Origin: Marsupella aquatica
Lineage: Eukaryota > Plantae > Marchantiophyta
Direction of reading: 5' to 3'
Assembly (NCBI GenBank): GCA_973895155.1
Contig: OZ316898.1
Span: 18,487,292-18,551,291, forward strand
Length of the DNA stretch: 64,000 bases
Shown here: positions 1-14,749 of the stretch, piece after piece
How the letters are laid out: each line of letters opens with the position of its first letter
Position numbering within the stretch: position 1 is the first letter of the stretch
Position numbers and translations under genes: made by a program
The notes under the pieces: model-generated
What the model saw: the letters and a program-made list of their open reading frames with translations, nothing else
The model's database searches: none
Told to the model about the DNA's origin: nothing

Positions 1-689
1 TTAGTACTTGATAAAATCTCACAATGTCACACTAATTGGAAAGCTAGAGAACAATGGAAACTTATTATCTACTCAGAATTCAACTAAATCTATCAATGTT
101 AAGTTCATTAAACAACTAAAGAAATTCTAAAATTCATAATCTCCTTAGTACTCGATAAAATCTATCAATTTTAGGTTCATTCTCATGGAAGGGGTCAACA
201 TTTCAGGGGTTGTACAACAAAAATTTATATTCACGTTAGAGATTACAAAATCATGGGTAAATTTTATTTTTCAAATTATTTACTCGATTCTTATCGAATG
301 ATGACAATTTTGAGCTCATCACGACCGTCTCTTCAAGATCTTTCCAACGCCATATTATATGTGAGTTTCCATTATGATTTGACTCAACAATGTCAAATCA
401 AAAATTATTGTCAGGAAAATTTTATATTTTGAATGAAATCAAAAATGGAAATAAAACCGTTATTGAGAGCAATTTACCTCAATCTTTTTATCTTTTGATT
501 TGCATGTCAATTTTTTTACATTATTTTTTACAACATGGCGTCCTAGTTTTTACAGCAAAGTTGTCGCAAACACGAATGTAGAAGATAATTTTATCCAAAA
601 ACAAGTCCTTTCCTGTTTGTGACATGCCATGATGATGTGACGCAATGTGGAGCCAGGAATTTTGGAAAGGACCTCTAATGGGGTCCGTA

Positions 690-880
690 AAGAGTGCTCC
701 ACATAAGCAAAAATTGGGCCCCACTGCATTCCATGTAGGATTGGTATCAGGTTCGGTTGAAAGTGCCTCCAACGTTGTGTAAAGTGAACAGCAGCAGTTT
801 CTCCCAAATGGATGGCTCTGATCAGATCTTGGAGACAAAAAAAGTGGCAAAACTGCCCCCAACTTCTTGTAAAGCCACCC
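690..880 (+). repeat. Dispersed repeat, diverged copy of 40290-40600
   Basis: Collinear shared blocks with the 40.3-40.6 kb copy: gtgctccaca, ggccccact.cattccatgtagga, gtaaagtgaaca.cagc.gtttctccc, caacttcttgtaaagccaccc. Confidence 0.75.
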
Positions 881-3298
881 TAAATAGCTTCTTAAATCTT
901 TGGAAGGACTTTCGCATTCAATGAAGATGACAAGAAATATGTGTACAATCATACAGCTTGAAGATTTATCATAGACTTAAAAACCTAGAATTTATTTCTA
1001 AATATTTGCTCAAAAAGATCATTCTTAAATGGTTGATCTAACCGCCATTTTCTTCAACAAAGCCAATGAATGTATCACAAACAAGCTTGCAGGCATAATC
1101 TCAAACTATTCATTGACTCAAACTGTGCTCATAAGATACACGTGTGAGATCCTTACTATTAGGGTCAAAGGATGTTTACCCTAAATTCTCCTCCAGTCAG
1201 CAATGTCTTAAGTGTTCTCCAGAAGAAGGCCTCATCTAGCACTTATGCACCATGCCATACGAGTATATTAGCAGTTATAGATTCTTGCAAATTTATAAAA
1301 TAATGCACTTACACTTATAATTGCAGACTCAGTTTTGTGCAGTTTGTGACAAGTCTTTGGTGCTCTTCTCAATCATGTGCACAAAAGAGTAGGTAATATC
1401 AGTTTGGCAGCTGCACATGAGGTGAAATGCCACACAGAGAAGTTAATTTGAGTGCAACGTCAAGCAATTTTATTCGAGCATGTGGAAATCAGGTTAAACA
1501 ACATTGGACTGGTCCAAACCATACATTCAAATTGATTTGAACACACCTAAGCAAAATGCCTGGGTTTTTCATTCAAAGTGCCACTGACCATCTAGGAGGG
1601 GAAATGTCCAAGACTTGCCCCTTTTCCAATCACCTTCATTCCCATTCTGTGCCAGTCTGCTTTGCAATCTCAGAAAACAAGTACTACTAGTACATGACGA
1701 ATGGATCCAGCTTCTGTCATGACTAGTGGCAGCCTAAGTGCGAAGCAAACACAGTAGTTAGTCCAGATTGGACTGATACAACGTTACTATACTCAGTCTT
1801 CTTTCCCACAAAAAGCTCTAGCTACATTCTGCAGCTAGTCATGCTAATCAATCACTGTCTTGGCCTAAACATATAGCCACTTGCCATCCTGGAGAATCTG
1901 CCCATTCACTCAATGTTGAAGTGCATGTTTTAGTCAAGGTTTTAGTCAGCCTGTAAATAAGATGCACCTATCACTAAATGCCAAGTGTATACACTGTGCA
2001 CTTCTGCAGTAGCACATTGTATACTTCTCCACATTTAGCACTGACCCATTTGCCATTTAATGAGGGTTGATGTGCATTTCAAAGGCTGCATTTTGCTGCA
2101 ATGTTCTCATAAAAAGGCAAGGTTTTTTGGAAAGAGCGAGTCAGGCTGCACTCAAACTTGGAATCCGCTTACAGGCAGTGCAGTTAGACACAGTCAATTA
2201 AACTGGGTGATCTTAAGGTTGACGTCACTAGATAAATTCACTTGGACCATTTTCCCCTCTCCCCCTTCAATGTAGTCTCTTATTGGCCATATAAACTTCA
2301 CTGTACCCACTAGAATGATTGGAAACTCACATCGCCTCAATTTACCAAACAATGCTAGGCTAATGGGTTATCCATGCTCGATCAAATTATGAACTACTGG
2401 GCCTATGTTATCCCAATTTGGCTTTATTCTATATTCTTAGGACCCTGAAAATCTACCAGAAACCCCTCTTTAAAAAACCAGTCCTGATCCATTTACAAGT
2501 CAATCCCTTTGGTCAGTCAGTTTGGGGTCTTGCAATATCCATCCCATCTGCATCTTGCACAGCACATGCCAAGATTTGCTTCACAGACCCAATTTCTGAG
2601 ATCTCATGACTGTGAAAAATGCACCCCGTTTTGATCGGACAGCCAAAATTGACTATTGGGAAAGGTGAGAAGCTACCCGACACGAAACCGCTGACCAAAA
2701 ACTGGCAACCGAGCCAATTCATTGCCCACCAAAACTGGGGTTGTTAGCTGACCACACCCTACCTTTGGGCGGGACTGTTATGATCACTTCTGAGAATAAA
2801 TAACGTTTTAATCAGCTCAGTAAGACGAATGGATATAACCTGTTACTGTGCTATAAAATAACTAATTATGCTTGAGGACAAGTTATAGAACTGAAAGGAG
2901 TCCTGGGATGAACCCTAAACCCTGTATTAATAAAAAAAAAGTATGGATTGTCTTCCAAAAAACAGTGATATGTGAGTACAAAAAGGGACTCTCTGCCATC
3001 CATGTGGGCTCCACTAGTACATACTAGCATTTTGGGAATTGTTTAGGTCCGTGGCTCGGCTTCAGCTTCCCGTCATCCCATGTAACTAAAGTGTTCATAT
3101 ATATCATCATACCCAAGGGCAAAAAATGTAAAATGGGGAGACATGATCCCAATGGCAAAGCAACCCAATGAAGGGAAAGAAAAGAAAGGAAAGTTCAAGC
3201 TTGATAAACACATGGAACGGCTAGGAATAAATTATTTTTTGTGACCTGGATAACGGGGCCAAATATGCGGGGCTGCCTGGGAAAAAAAAACAAGCCCT

Positions 3299-3557
3299 AA
3301 CTACCATCCATCCGTTTGGAGAGGCCGTCTAAAAAAGCAAGTCATGTTGCCGTTGTAATGCCTCCAAAAACGGCGGAGGTTCCCGTTCTTTCCCGTTCCC
3401 CTCCAAATAAAGTCCCTCCAAACACGCGGGGAGCCTAATTCGCAAACGCTGCCTAAAGGGCTCGAGTAAGAAACTATGGTGAGCCCCACTCCACCACTAA
3501 ACCGTTGGGAGGATAAGCTGTTAACGGCATCGGAAAGTGCGTAACGGATGGGGTGGT
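3299..3557. mobile_element. Possible MITE with imperfect terminal inverted repeats
   Basis: Left actaccatccatccgtt versus right aacggatggggtggt (reverse complement accaccccatccgtt). cccta lies on both flanks, and there are many internal ccgtt/aacgg motifs. Confidence 0.4.
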
Positions 3558-3876
3558 CCCTACAGCCCCCTACAGTGTATGTCAACCAGTGTAGCGTAAA
3601 CGGCCGAAGTAAGTGCGGATCACGACACACGGTGACCCGGCTAGCCGCTGTTTCGCCTACTGTAGTTACGGCTTGCCCGGGATACGGATTGGCCATCCGA
3701 TCGGATGCTTTTGCGTGCTGGTCGCCGATTCGCACGCGGTACCGGTACCAAGCTCTTGGCCCAGTTGGGTCAATACCCCGGAAGGACAGGTTCCACAGTG
3801 GTCACGGTACCGTGTCCCAGTGTTTCGGCACCTGGGTTACCGTGGTTAATAAGCCGAAAATAGGACTCCCACTGGT

Positions 3877-3985
3877 GTACACCAAAGTTCCCTCGTATAG
3901 GGGATTTAGCGAGCCTGTGTGGAGTACACCAAAGAGCCCTGGTATAGGGGGTTTAGCGAGCCTGTGAGGCCAGTACACCAGGGTT
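3877..3985 (+). repeat. Tandem repeat, ~47-bp unit x ~2.2
   Basis: gtacaccaaag..ccct.gtatagggg.tttagcgagcctgtg occurs twice, followed by a partial third gtacacca. Confidence 0.8.
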
Positions 3986-4345
3986 CTTTCACACACACCA
4001 GAACCTACCACGGTTTTCAATTTATTTATTTTCATTTTATTTTTTTCATTTTAGTTTTTTTAAAGGAGAAATATGTGAAACCCCACAAAAAAGGAAGAGA
4101 GTCAGAATAGTTGAACCCAAGACCTATCAATCTTTATTCAAGTGAACTAACACAAAATCATGTCTCTCTAGGCCTAGGGGTTTGAATTACTAACCTGAAT
4201 ACCCATACTTTGCATACAAGTGGAGATGAAAACAAAAACAAATCATGTAAAAATGAAATTCTATTTTATTTTTCATAATTCATCTTTGCCTTATCCCTAG
4301 TTTTTGTCCACCCTCATTTCAATTTTGTTTGTATTCACGGTTATG

Positions 4346-5024
4346 GTCTAGAGGCTTCACTCTAGACCATAGCCCTGGAAAGTAGCTTTGCATAGTGTAG
4401 CAAGATGAAAGCAATTGCAACCTTGAGAGCACTTGCCAATGCAGCTGCAGTGGAGCTAAAATGAGAGGACCAAATTTTGGTTGTCCATTTGTTCTTGGTG
4501 GGCTTTGTCCCGCTAGCTTGTGAACAGAGGACTGTCAGCCTAGCGGGCAGCCTAGGGAGGAAAAGATGTTGGGCTGGAACACTGGGGTGGGCAGACTGGG
4601 TCACGGTGGGGGTTCAAAAATGGGCCGACAGACAGATCCCGGTGTTGCTCCCAGCTGGGCACAATAGCAGACCAGTGGAACTGTTCTTAGAGCATCTTCA
4701 CTGCTTTGTTGGCTGCCGCTCCCCAAACGATAGAAGTAGAGGTGAGTTGAGGAGAGTTAAGATGAAAGTGTTGCTACTGATGATCCACAATTCCACCAAA
4801 AAGCCCCAAACTAACCTCATCTCTCAAATAGTGGATTTGTACCTTCAAATATACCAATCAAATGTATTTGGATGAGTCTCTTTTGTTATTGATGAGAATG
4901 GAGGTCTGAACAGTGTGGTCACCACTTGGTGATTAGATTTGGAAACTGACTTCTAAATCTTACTAGTAATTCCTGAACAGAAGCTAGAGTCAGGGTCTAG
5001 GTTTATCCAGTGAAGCCTCTAGAC
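4346..5024. mobile_element. Non-autonomous TIR element (~680 bp)
   Basis: Perfect 16-bp inverted repeat gtctagaggcttcact (4346-4361) / agtgaagcctctagac (5009-5024). The TSD is ambiguous (TA or CTAG). A related left end, tctagaggtttcactcta, sits at ~6778. Confidence 0.65.
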
Positions 5025-5316
5025 AGCCCCACCATATGTCTGAATCTATGTTATGTGAAATTGATCATACATGCTCACTTTTGTTATGACTCTGTTGTCG
5101 TTTAAGGAATGAGCATTCGGGCGTCTTCAGAAATACAAATTTATCAATGGAATCCCCAAATTTTCTCTTGACCTGTTTATTTGGCAATTTAGTGTATGCC
5201 ACACGACGACAGGAGCATAGCTTTGCGATCTGTTATCCACGAGAATTTGGCGGGAGCGTACCTGCCACAACATGCCACCGATCCTAACGAATGGTACAGT
5301 CCCTGGACACTATAAT

Positions 5317-5629
5317 AGGGCGTCTCAAACTTAAGCATTTGGAATTCCGAATGGCACCCGGGATTTCACAGTCGCGGGCCGCCCGGATCAGGTGGTCGGC
5401 CCACCGATTTGGTGACCGTAAAGTTTTTCCCGGGTTTTTTTTATTACAATTTTTCTTTGGAAAAACCCAGGTCTAACCCGTGCCGGGACTCCTTTGAGGT
5501 GCGAGGTAAAGTTCAGACCCCCAGTTTTTTGGGACCCGATTTTGGGTACCGGTGTTCAATATCGGGCGGCGATTAGAGACATCCGGGTGACCGGAAGGAA
5601 TCCTAGAACGTGCAGGGTTGAGACGCCCT
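5317..5629. mobile_element. 313-bp MITE of the AGGGCGTCTCAA (Pangu-like PHIS) family
   Basis: AAT(5314-5316)+agggcgtctcaa ... ttgagacgccct+AAT(5630-5632). Termini and TSD match the element at 12130-21585. Confidence 0.9.
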
Positions 5630-8600
5630 AATATGGGCGGACTCATCACTGTACATGTACTCCACCCGCACTGCCACCGGGGCCGGGATCAAAATTGACC
5701 GGCTGGGGCGCTGGGCCGCCATTCGTACGCCGGCCCCGACAAAACCACAATACAGTATTACAGTATCATTGCGGGAACTGGAAGATCGTATTATACAGTA
5801 CCTGCACCGCACGTACTGTACATTATTGAGGGCCCCGGGCTCCCGGAGACTCAACATTGGGACTCAGTGACGACGGCCCAGTCCCCTGCGCTGCTGCGCA
5901 CTTGCGACGCACAGCCAGGGACATAGTGTCCCGGGGAAGATCGAACGGCTACTATGAAAGCCCAGGTGGCGCACACTTGTGAAATGAAATATTCTATCTC
6001 CTTGCCTAGAGTCCCGGCGCATTGGCGGCGTCTCACTAAATGGAATGGACGTCAACAGGATGCTGGGGTCTAAATGAGGAGGTGAGCCATTATTGGTAGA
6101 CCGCCAAGTCGCCTTTGAAAGTTTCCGTTTCCTCGAGTCCTCGTGTTAGAGCATTGTACACCCCTAGTCCCTACAGTAGGGACTGTCGCATAGGAGGGTA
6201 ATTTTTCATAGTTCGTTTTCACTTGTCTTGATGCCCGTCCTGAGTTTTCACTTGGTAATTTTCAGGGCATAACTCTGACCTGCTACTTTTACTAAATTAG
6301 TTTAAGAATGAAAATCAATAAAAGGCATCTACTATAGGTTATTACCGTACTCGTAGACAATAATAGCCCTCTAAAATGTGAGCAACAGTTTTCGGGGCAC
6401 ACAAAACCCTATAATGAGTACTTTACTATGTACTTCATGCTCCTTGTGATTTTTCACGTCATAATGTTCCATGCTTTATTGATGAGAATACAGACTAGAG
6501 ATTTGGATAGTTCATTATAAAAATTCTCATTTGATATTACCACAAATAGTAGAAGTAAAACATCTCATAGGTTTTAGGTGGATTATCTTGACGTTACCAA
6601 AGCATTATGGACAATAATAGCCCGTCAAAATTTGCACTAAGGCAGCTTTTTTCAGTCCACAATGTCATCTATCACTACAGTTTAAATGCCCAGATCTTTC
6701 TCATGAAACAGATGGCAAAACCGTTGAGCCAGTTTTGAGGTCCACCCCAAAGTGTAGTTGTGCTCTCAGAGTCACACTCTAGAGGTTTCACTCTACATCA
6801 TATGCCCTACTCCTAGCATCCAATTGCGCTTTATGAATTAAATTCACCAGGGTTGTGAATGCTATAGTCTGTAAAAACAAGTCGGGAAGTTTAGATGGAC
6901 ATGAAAGTTATACCTGATGCTAGAAGAAGAGTTAGATTATGGCTAATACTTGTGACTGGGTCATGAGACCCATAACTTTTGACTAATTTTGACAGAAGTG
7001 GAAAAATTGGCTCTTTCAGGTTTGGTGAATGTTATCTTGTGTGAAGGATGTCAAAGCTCAAAGGGACACAGAATTTTACTCTATACATGGATGAACAAGC
7101 AAAACCCTCATGGACACAAATATATTTTAAAATCTGTTCACATGCCAAAGTGTACACTGGTATTCCAAGAATGGCATTTAAACGTGCATTTGACATGTAG
7201 TAGAAGACTTTTAGTGGATTCTTCCTGTATTCTATCGGTGGAGGGGCCTTTTCGTCCAACTGAAGGAGTTGGGTGCCCTTGAAACGACTGCTGTGTATCT
7301 TTCTACATTTTCATGTCATGACATTGTACGTAAGGTTCTGCCAGTATTGCAACACTACAAAGATTCTGTGTCCAATTGAGTAGTAACGTCAAATTTTGTA
7401 ACTTTGGCACTACGATTCTACGTTATGGGACCCTCTGACATTTTTGTGTCAAAAATTCTAGTAACAGTTCCTATTACAAGTTTTTGCTTATACTATGACC
7501 AACAATTGCTAGTGGGGATTTTATGGTCAACCATGCCTAAATCACGACCTGCATGGTCAAAAACTATCCCGGATGCTATTAATTTTCACACAAGAGTTTT
7601 TAAGGGAACGAGGAATTTTCACACTTAAAGGAAAGACTTTATGAAGAGTGTAACTAGTAAGATAGGAATGATGCGCTCTTTAGGGCATTCCCACCAATGG
7701 GTTACATTAATTACTATATCATCACATCTGGTTTAGGGCAAAAAATGAAGTCGCCACCAATCTATGTTCTATAACCATATAATTGCAATCAAAACCTACA
7801 CCCAGGCCTACTGTCTAGCGTGAAGTCCCAAGTTCATGACTTTTGGGGCATAATCCAAAGTGGGGGTGCATGCAAAAGACAGGGATAGGGGGCAAGTCAT
7901 TGACGACAAGGATGGGTAGTGAATATTTTTGCCAGGTCTTTATTGTCCTCACCTCTATTTACGTTGAAAGAATGAGAAATCAAGCTAGTATGACTAAAGC
8001 GACTCCGTAGCGAAGAGTGCATTTTCTACCATTTTCTACATTGATACGTGGTTTGGTCTCCTTCTTCCTTCTTAGACTGCCCAACAAGGGTCAAACCTCA
8101 CAAATGGGTCTCAATGGATTGCAATGGGGACTCAAGTCTCCTATGAACAAGTCCTGTTCTGATGACCTCTGTTTTCGTTGTGCTGGATGGCTCAATTGAC
8201 TATATCCATGTCCTGAGCCACCTTTAATTGACTCGATGTGAGGCTAAATTCCTCACATGTAGTTGAGTATGTAGTCACACCAGTGGGGCATTGGGGCCGG
8301 TGGGGTTATGGGTGGGTTAAGACGAGGAAAGGAAGTAGTGGAAGCTTGGATGGACACAAAACTTTGAGAGATGTGATGCTTAGATGGACACGTGAAATCC
8401 TGCTCAACACAAATGAACCATTTAAATTTACCCACATCTCTAAGTTCCAACTATGACATGTAAACATGCATTTGACAGGTGATAATTAGAGTGTTTTCAC
8501 TGGACTCCTCAGTCTGGTAATCTGCAACCTCAGGTCTCATTCAATTAAAGGAGTTGGGTTCCTCAAGTGCACCAGCCTATATATCCTCTTACAATTTCAT

Positions 8601-9058
8601 ATCATCAACCAATTGAACTATAAGATTCTGAGAGTATCATGACGCTGCAAAGTCCCAATATCCATCCGAGTAGCAACATCACACATTTGAAACCACAGGT
8701 CCCATCAGAAAAACCATTATACAATGAAAATGTATTGGGTAGATAATATAGTGACTTTCTGGATTTTTTAATGGTACAGGTGCATGGATGGACTCTCATA
8801 TAAGACTTTGGACAGCTCACTTGTTTGCCCGTATAGAAAATTTGGAGGGTTCCATGCCCACTTTGTGAGAGTGTAGGCCTGATCTTCCCAGTGCCAATGG
8901 CCAGAATTAGATCCATGGGGGACCTGGGTCCTCCCAATCTCTGTAGGTAGTTTGTGCCCATCTCAGTTTGCACTTGGGGAAGGAAAGTACACTGCAAATT
9001 TGAATGCCTATTTACTAGTCACACAGTGGAAAAAACAAGGTGACCACCTCACTCTCAG

Positions 9059-9364
9059 CCCGGGGTCCTCACTTTTTTTCTTCCGACCCATCACGCACAA
9101 ATAAGTATAGGGTTTTTTTATTGGGTTTAGTGAAATATTTTTAAATTTTTTTTGAACAACATTAGGGTTATTTTAATCCAATTTTTGAGAATTATAAGAA
9201 TCATAGGGTTTTTTTGAAATCAAATATGAGAATATTCTTGGAATATTCTATTAAGTTAGGGATAAAAAATTTTCGAAAAACTTTATTGACTTAACTTTTA
9301 GGGTGTTTATTCCCCCAAAACTTTGAGCGTGATATGGGACACCCCTTGGATTGAGGCCCCCGAG
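9059..9364. mobile_element. 306-bp MITE with 8-bp TSD (hAT-like TSD length)
   Basis: TSD actctcag at 9051-9058 and 9365-9372. TIRs cccggggtcctca / tgaggcccccgag. A close inverted copy lies at 41609-41918. Confidence 0.9.
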
Positions 9365-9507
9365 ACTCTCAGACAGACATTGGATTGTTTGGAGGGGCTT
9401 CTGGTGGGTTCCATTTGCATTATGTGGGAGTGGGGGCCTGACAGTTCCACTCCCAATTTAGGAAACTGGGTTCCATGGTGGACAAGCTCTATACCTGTGC
9501 GTTGCAC

Positions 9508-10035
9508 AAAAGATGTCATGACGCCCAAGATGTCGTTAAGAGAAAAGATGTCTGTGACGCCCAAGATGCCATTAAGAGAAAAGATGTCATGTCACCCAAG
9601 ATGTTGTTAAGAGAAAAGATGTCATCTCGTGATGTTTTTGAGACAAAAGATGTCACTACGCCCAAGATGTCTTTAAGAGAAAAGATGTTATTAAGTGTAA
9701 AGTTGTTGCTAAGTACAAAATGATCCATATTAAGTAAACTGATGTTGTTAGTCATCTATGTTGTCGTCTCCGTTGCACAAAAGATGATGTTGCATAAATA
9801 TGTCATTGCATTTACAATCTTGTTCAATAAAAGATATCATTAAGTAAAATATGTGGTTGCTCGAAAGATGTTGTTTACTAAAAGACATAGTTCGGCAAAA
9901 GACGTCAATGCTTAATAGATGACGTTGTGCTAAACATGTAGTTGGAAAATATCATGGTGCGAAACATATCTTTGTTAGAATTTAGATCTCATGATTGCCT
10001 AAAAACAAATTGTCGAGTGAAAGATGTCATGACAC
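9508..10035 (+). repeat. Minisatellite, ~35-36-bp unit made of ~18-bp AAGATGTC subunits, decaying 3'-ward
   Basis: aaagatgtc.tgacgcccaagatg...ttaagaga repeats clearly over 9508-9695, then degenerate aagatgt-containing units continue to ~10035. Confidence 0.8.
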
Positions 10036-12565
10036 AAAGAGAGGCGACAACCACCACCAAAGTACAACAAAATGAGAATAATTTTTAAAATTGTTTTTGT
10101 ACTTGATATCTTTTAAAACCTTCCTTCTTTTTTCACTATTTTTCTTGTCTTGTCTTTGTCTTGTTGATTAGATTGTGCACTATTTTCTTGATTATGTAAA
10201 ATATTTGTCATTAAACTCCTCTCATGATGTCACCATGCAACACTTCCTTTGCATGGATGATATGGGATGGGGCATAGTATGGCATTGATGGTAGAGGGAG
10301 GAGCAATTTGTATGCATGATTGGCATGGATGGTAAAGGGGAAGGCTTTGTACTTTTCTTGCTTTTGGAAAAACATGTTTACACAAAACATAATTATTTTC
10401 TCTTATTCCTTTTCCTTTTACAGTTCCCTTTCACTCTACAAACTGTGTATTATAGGAGTTAATATGCACTTCCATAGTGCCATTTCAATTTGTACAATAA
10501 ATAAATAACTATACTAAGATTAGGCCTACTAGCAACATCCTTAAACCTTGAAAGAATTTTGTCATTCAGCAACACTGCCTTTTCACTGTGTACATTGTTT
10601 TTCAAAATGAAATGTGGAAACCCGGAAGATAATATTCAGACTTCAAGTTTTTGTCCTGAAATAAGAAATCATTAATGGTTTGTGCAAGTCCTGCTGGATT
10701 TGGCACTAAGGTAGGTCCATTTGTGGCAATCCCAAGAAAACTGAAATCCAAATTTGAACTTTAGTAGTGTGTGGAAAAATCAAGGTGATCCCCTCATTGT
10801 CAGATAATAGAAGACCCAGGTATTGCTAACTATGTGGGAGAAGGGACCTGACACTCCCACTCATAATGGTTGGAGCTTGCAACCCAGGTCCCGATTGAAC
10901 CAGGTAACTACTGATTCCATGGCGGAGCTGGGTTCTTGTTGGTAGTCCATTTTTGGTTCATCTCACCTTCCACTCGGGAAACTATATAGCAGCTTTTAAT
11001 TATGTTATCACTAAAGATATTGTAATTTACAATAGTATCATTATGTTGATTGTATTCACAAATTTATGACAGTTTTCGTGAACCAGAAGCCCAGATCAAC
11101 ACAGACGTTTGTCGGGTGACCTGGATGGACACAGGGTGCGTGACAGTGTAAAACCAAACACCAATGACATTGGAAATGGATTACGTCTGTCATTACCATA
11201 AGCTGTCCCTGGTTTAGACTCCATAATTTTCCTTCCATTGTTTTTAATTCCATCACCCAACAAGCATGCATGGCTGCTGCCAAGAACGCCTCATGATCGC
11301 ATTGGTTGTGGATAATGGCTACGGGAAGCAGCAACACAGGATTTGGCCCAAGTAATTTGCCCTAGTCTGCATTGAGGTCCGCATCAAGTTCCGCATCCTC
11401 CATTGTTACCACACTCACCACATGAAACAATGTTGCATTCAATTTGTTCTCATCCCAGGCTTTCAGAGATCATCACATACACTGGTTGCAACGTTAATAA
11501 AGTTTTGGCTGCGAGTTTTGGATACATTGTGAGCTGCAAATGTGAGAACTGAAAGACTGCTCCTGGGAACATTGGCTGTAAAATCTGATGTTGTGCATGG
11601 ATGATTATCAATACACTGTGTTTTGATAGCCACAGACCTTCGCTTCCCTGATGATTACCAGTGTCACGTCCAATTTAAAGGATCTTTAATTCTATGATTT
11701 CTCAGAACACGGATTGCTGAAAGAATTGACTCACTCGCTGCACTGTGGGGATAATCAATCTGCAAGAAGCGAGCAAAAGCAAAAATTATAATTCCCCGAG
11801 TGAGAACTGAGTTTTGTGCACCCCCTTTATCAACCTTTCAAGCAGCTGGCAAAAATATGCAAAGATTGAGAGAAACAAAGAAAGACTGTAGAGCTTTTCC
11901 TTCCTCAAATTTGCACCCCATTTGAACTGAGAAATAATGAACTCGTCGTGAGTCAGCCAGTTGAATTGCATGTAAGGAAAGAGAGACTGCAAAATGAATA
12001 ATTGAATCAAAGTTTGCAAGAGGTCATCAAAGCAAAAGAATAAAATGTCTACAAACAATAAGGAAGTCAATTTAGTTGAGTATCTTGCGTGGAGCACAAT
12101 TCTTCCCAGTGATCTGAAATCAAAGCAATAGGGCGTCTCAAAGCCAAGCCATAATGAAAATTTAAGCCCACGGGAGGTTCTGACGGGACTTAGAAAAAAG
12201 AGGGGGTAAGGTTTGACCCGCCCCGTATGGCAGCCATTACGGCCTAAGTCACGTTTCAATTATCAGCACCATTTCCTCTCCCGCTTGGAATGTCCCTGCC
12301 CGAACGAGCCATATGCTGCCACGTCGGTTGGATAGCGTAGGTCCTCCATTCCAAAGTTGCAGAGGTTTAAATTTTTAGGAGCACCATTGACGTGTAATGC
12401 GTCGATTGCACTTTAATCACCGACAACGTACTCGTCGTATGCACTTCAAAATCTGGATTTCCGGATTGCCGGATTTCAATTTTCCCGAATGTGCGGATTC
12501 GCGCACTTCTTTCAAATTTTGGCATCGTCGACATCTCCCTCTATCACAACACAAATTGCTAAGTC

Positions 12566-14196
12566 ATGGACAATGCCTCGTCTGAATCTATGTATATATG
12601 TGATAGAGCTTTTGACATTTTAGTTCAAGCACGAACTGCCCTTCGTCACGAGGTCGAGCACAAGGTTGCTGATTACTTGCAGTCCATTCTTGACAAGCCC
12701 ACATCTTCTTCTGTGGGCTCACACTCTTTCAGCACAATGTCTAGCACAGGGAGCCAGGGTTTTGTGAGAGAAGGTTTTGGGAGGAGCAAAGGCTCTGCCT
12801 TCCAGCCACCACGAGCAACTGTTGCCAACGAACAGTACCGAGTTCCTACTGAGAAGTTTCGCTTGAAGGATGAAGACTATGATCTCATAGTCTCATACCT
12901 TGAGATCCCTGAGAACTTTGCAGCAGTGCACGGATCAGGTAGGAGAACAAAGATTGGGCAGAAATACCAGTCTAAGGCCACTGTCATGAAGTCCATGTTG
13001 GCTGCACTCATTCATCATGGTTTCCCCAAGGAAATCACTGCACCAAATCTGACGAAGCGATTTCAACGATACAAATTGAGATACAAGCAAGCTCTTGAAG
13101 TGAAGAATGGCACTGGAGCAGGGCTGATAGAGGAAGAGTCATTGGCTGGGATGACCTTGGAGGACAAATTCAACCGCCTCTGCCCTCATTTTGAGTGAAT
13201 GGATGCTCTCTTTGGAGCTAGACCCAATGTTAACCCACCAATTGTTGGTGATGTTGGAGTTGAAAATCTTGACTTTATCATGACTGAAGATGACTCTGGG
13301 GATGTGGAGATTGTCGATGATTGGGAGAACTCATGCCCAAATATTGCACAACAACACAGTCCAACCATAATCCTTGATGGTACAAGCTCTTCCATTCCTT
13401 TTTTGTTAATTATATTTTCGGATTCAGGATTCTGTGTTCACTGTAAAGTGCCTAACAAATAAATTAATCTTCATCTTCTTCCTGGGGTGACACAGATACG
13501 CCTGCACCATCGCCAGCTCAATCTGTTCACACATCAACACCAGCAGTGCATCACATTCCTACACCTTCAACTTTAGGACGAGCACCCCCAGTCGATGATG
13601 GCTTCTGGAAGGAAATGGAGGACATCGCCAGGGAAAACATTGGGGCTCATGTCACCAATTGCCTGTGTCAAGTTTGTATCAGGTTTGCAGGCATGAACAC
13701 TAGGGAAAACATGCCCCGCCCCACAGACAATGCTACTTCAGGACCATGAACTGCCTCACCAATTCCTCCCACAGTCCTAGCCCCCTCGAAGAAGGGGCCC
13801 AAGACTCCCGCGCAAGCGGCAAAGGAGGCCCATAAGGAATTCAAGCCTTCCTTTTCAGCAATATACGCTGAGAGAATCAACCTCAAAGCTGATTATCAAA
13901 AAGATTTGATCATAAGTCGTGACAAGTGGAAGACCCAAGACATTGTTGAGCGACGTGAAGCCAGAACCCAAGCTCAGGCTGAGGCTTCAGCCAAGCACCG
14001 GTTGGACAGGAAGCATCAACTGGCCTTAGAAGCCTTTTGTGCTGAGAACGCACTGAAGAAAGTCAAAGCAGAGCAAGAACATGCAGAGAAGCTGGATAAA
14101 GCAAATAGGCGAACTACATTGTTGATCACTATGTTAGGGTCCAACAAGTCTTCCGATGAGATCAAGGATCTTCTTCAGCTTCTAGATAAAGAGTAG
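12566..14196 (+). pseudogene. Myb/SANT-like DNA-binding partner of the Harbinger transposase (2 exons, two premature stops)
   Basis: Exons 12566-13379 and 13496-14196 (GT-AG intron with a cctaac branch point) give 505 codons. In-frame TGA at 13196 and 13747 (probably from CGA). Motifs TGAGL...LEDKFNRLCPHFE(R)MDALFGARPNVNPP and a C-terminal charged coiled-coil are typical of fungal/oomycete-type Harbinger partner proteins. Confidence 0.8.
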
Positions 14197-14749
14197 ATTG
14201 AACTATACTACATATTTGTAGAACCAGATCTGAATTTAGTAATGTACGTACTGCACAATGTACATCTTTTATTTTCAAACTCTGCATTCGTGTACAAAAC
14301 AATGTCTCTCAACATCCTTCCTATGCTTTGACATTGTATGCCCGCACACCTGTATAAACAAACCTGGCAAACTACTACCAAAAAATAATCTTATTGCTGT
14401 GAAACCAATTGTGAGAAACTTCCGGAATGCCGGAAATTCAGAATTCCGGTAAGCAAAATGGACTATGGATTGACGTCTAAATCGGTACTTGGTGTTCAAC
14501 TATTCAGCACTTTATATGATCCTAACGTTCTCAACCACTTCTGGTAATCTCAGTCCCTATACGAATGGCCTCAAGAATTTCTTCTCTTTTACCCTCATTA
14601 TGAAAAGTTAAGGGCGAGGAATTAAACTATAGCTTATAGCCAAGCAAAGGGAGTTGCTTGTTAATGAACAGTCTGTGTACCCTAGTAGCTTCACGATAAA
14701 CTGTGAGGAAGTCTAAATTGTTGCAGGTATCATACTCCACAGTAGGAAA

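Noticed and set aside
1200-2720. Possible decayed transposase on the minus strand
   Set aside because: Looks coding-derived, but all frames are interrupted and no motif was recognisable.
9307-9755. Repetitive ORFs over the minisatellite
   Set aside because: They stay open only because of the repeat and they start within a MITE; no evidence of real coding.
10560-12120. Short ORFs (11056-11337, 11786-12259) as genes
   Set aside because: No recognisable domain. 11786-12259 crosses the transposon boundary, so it is a chance frame.
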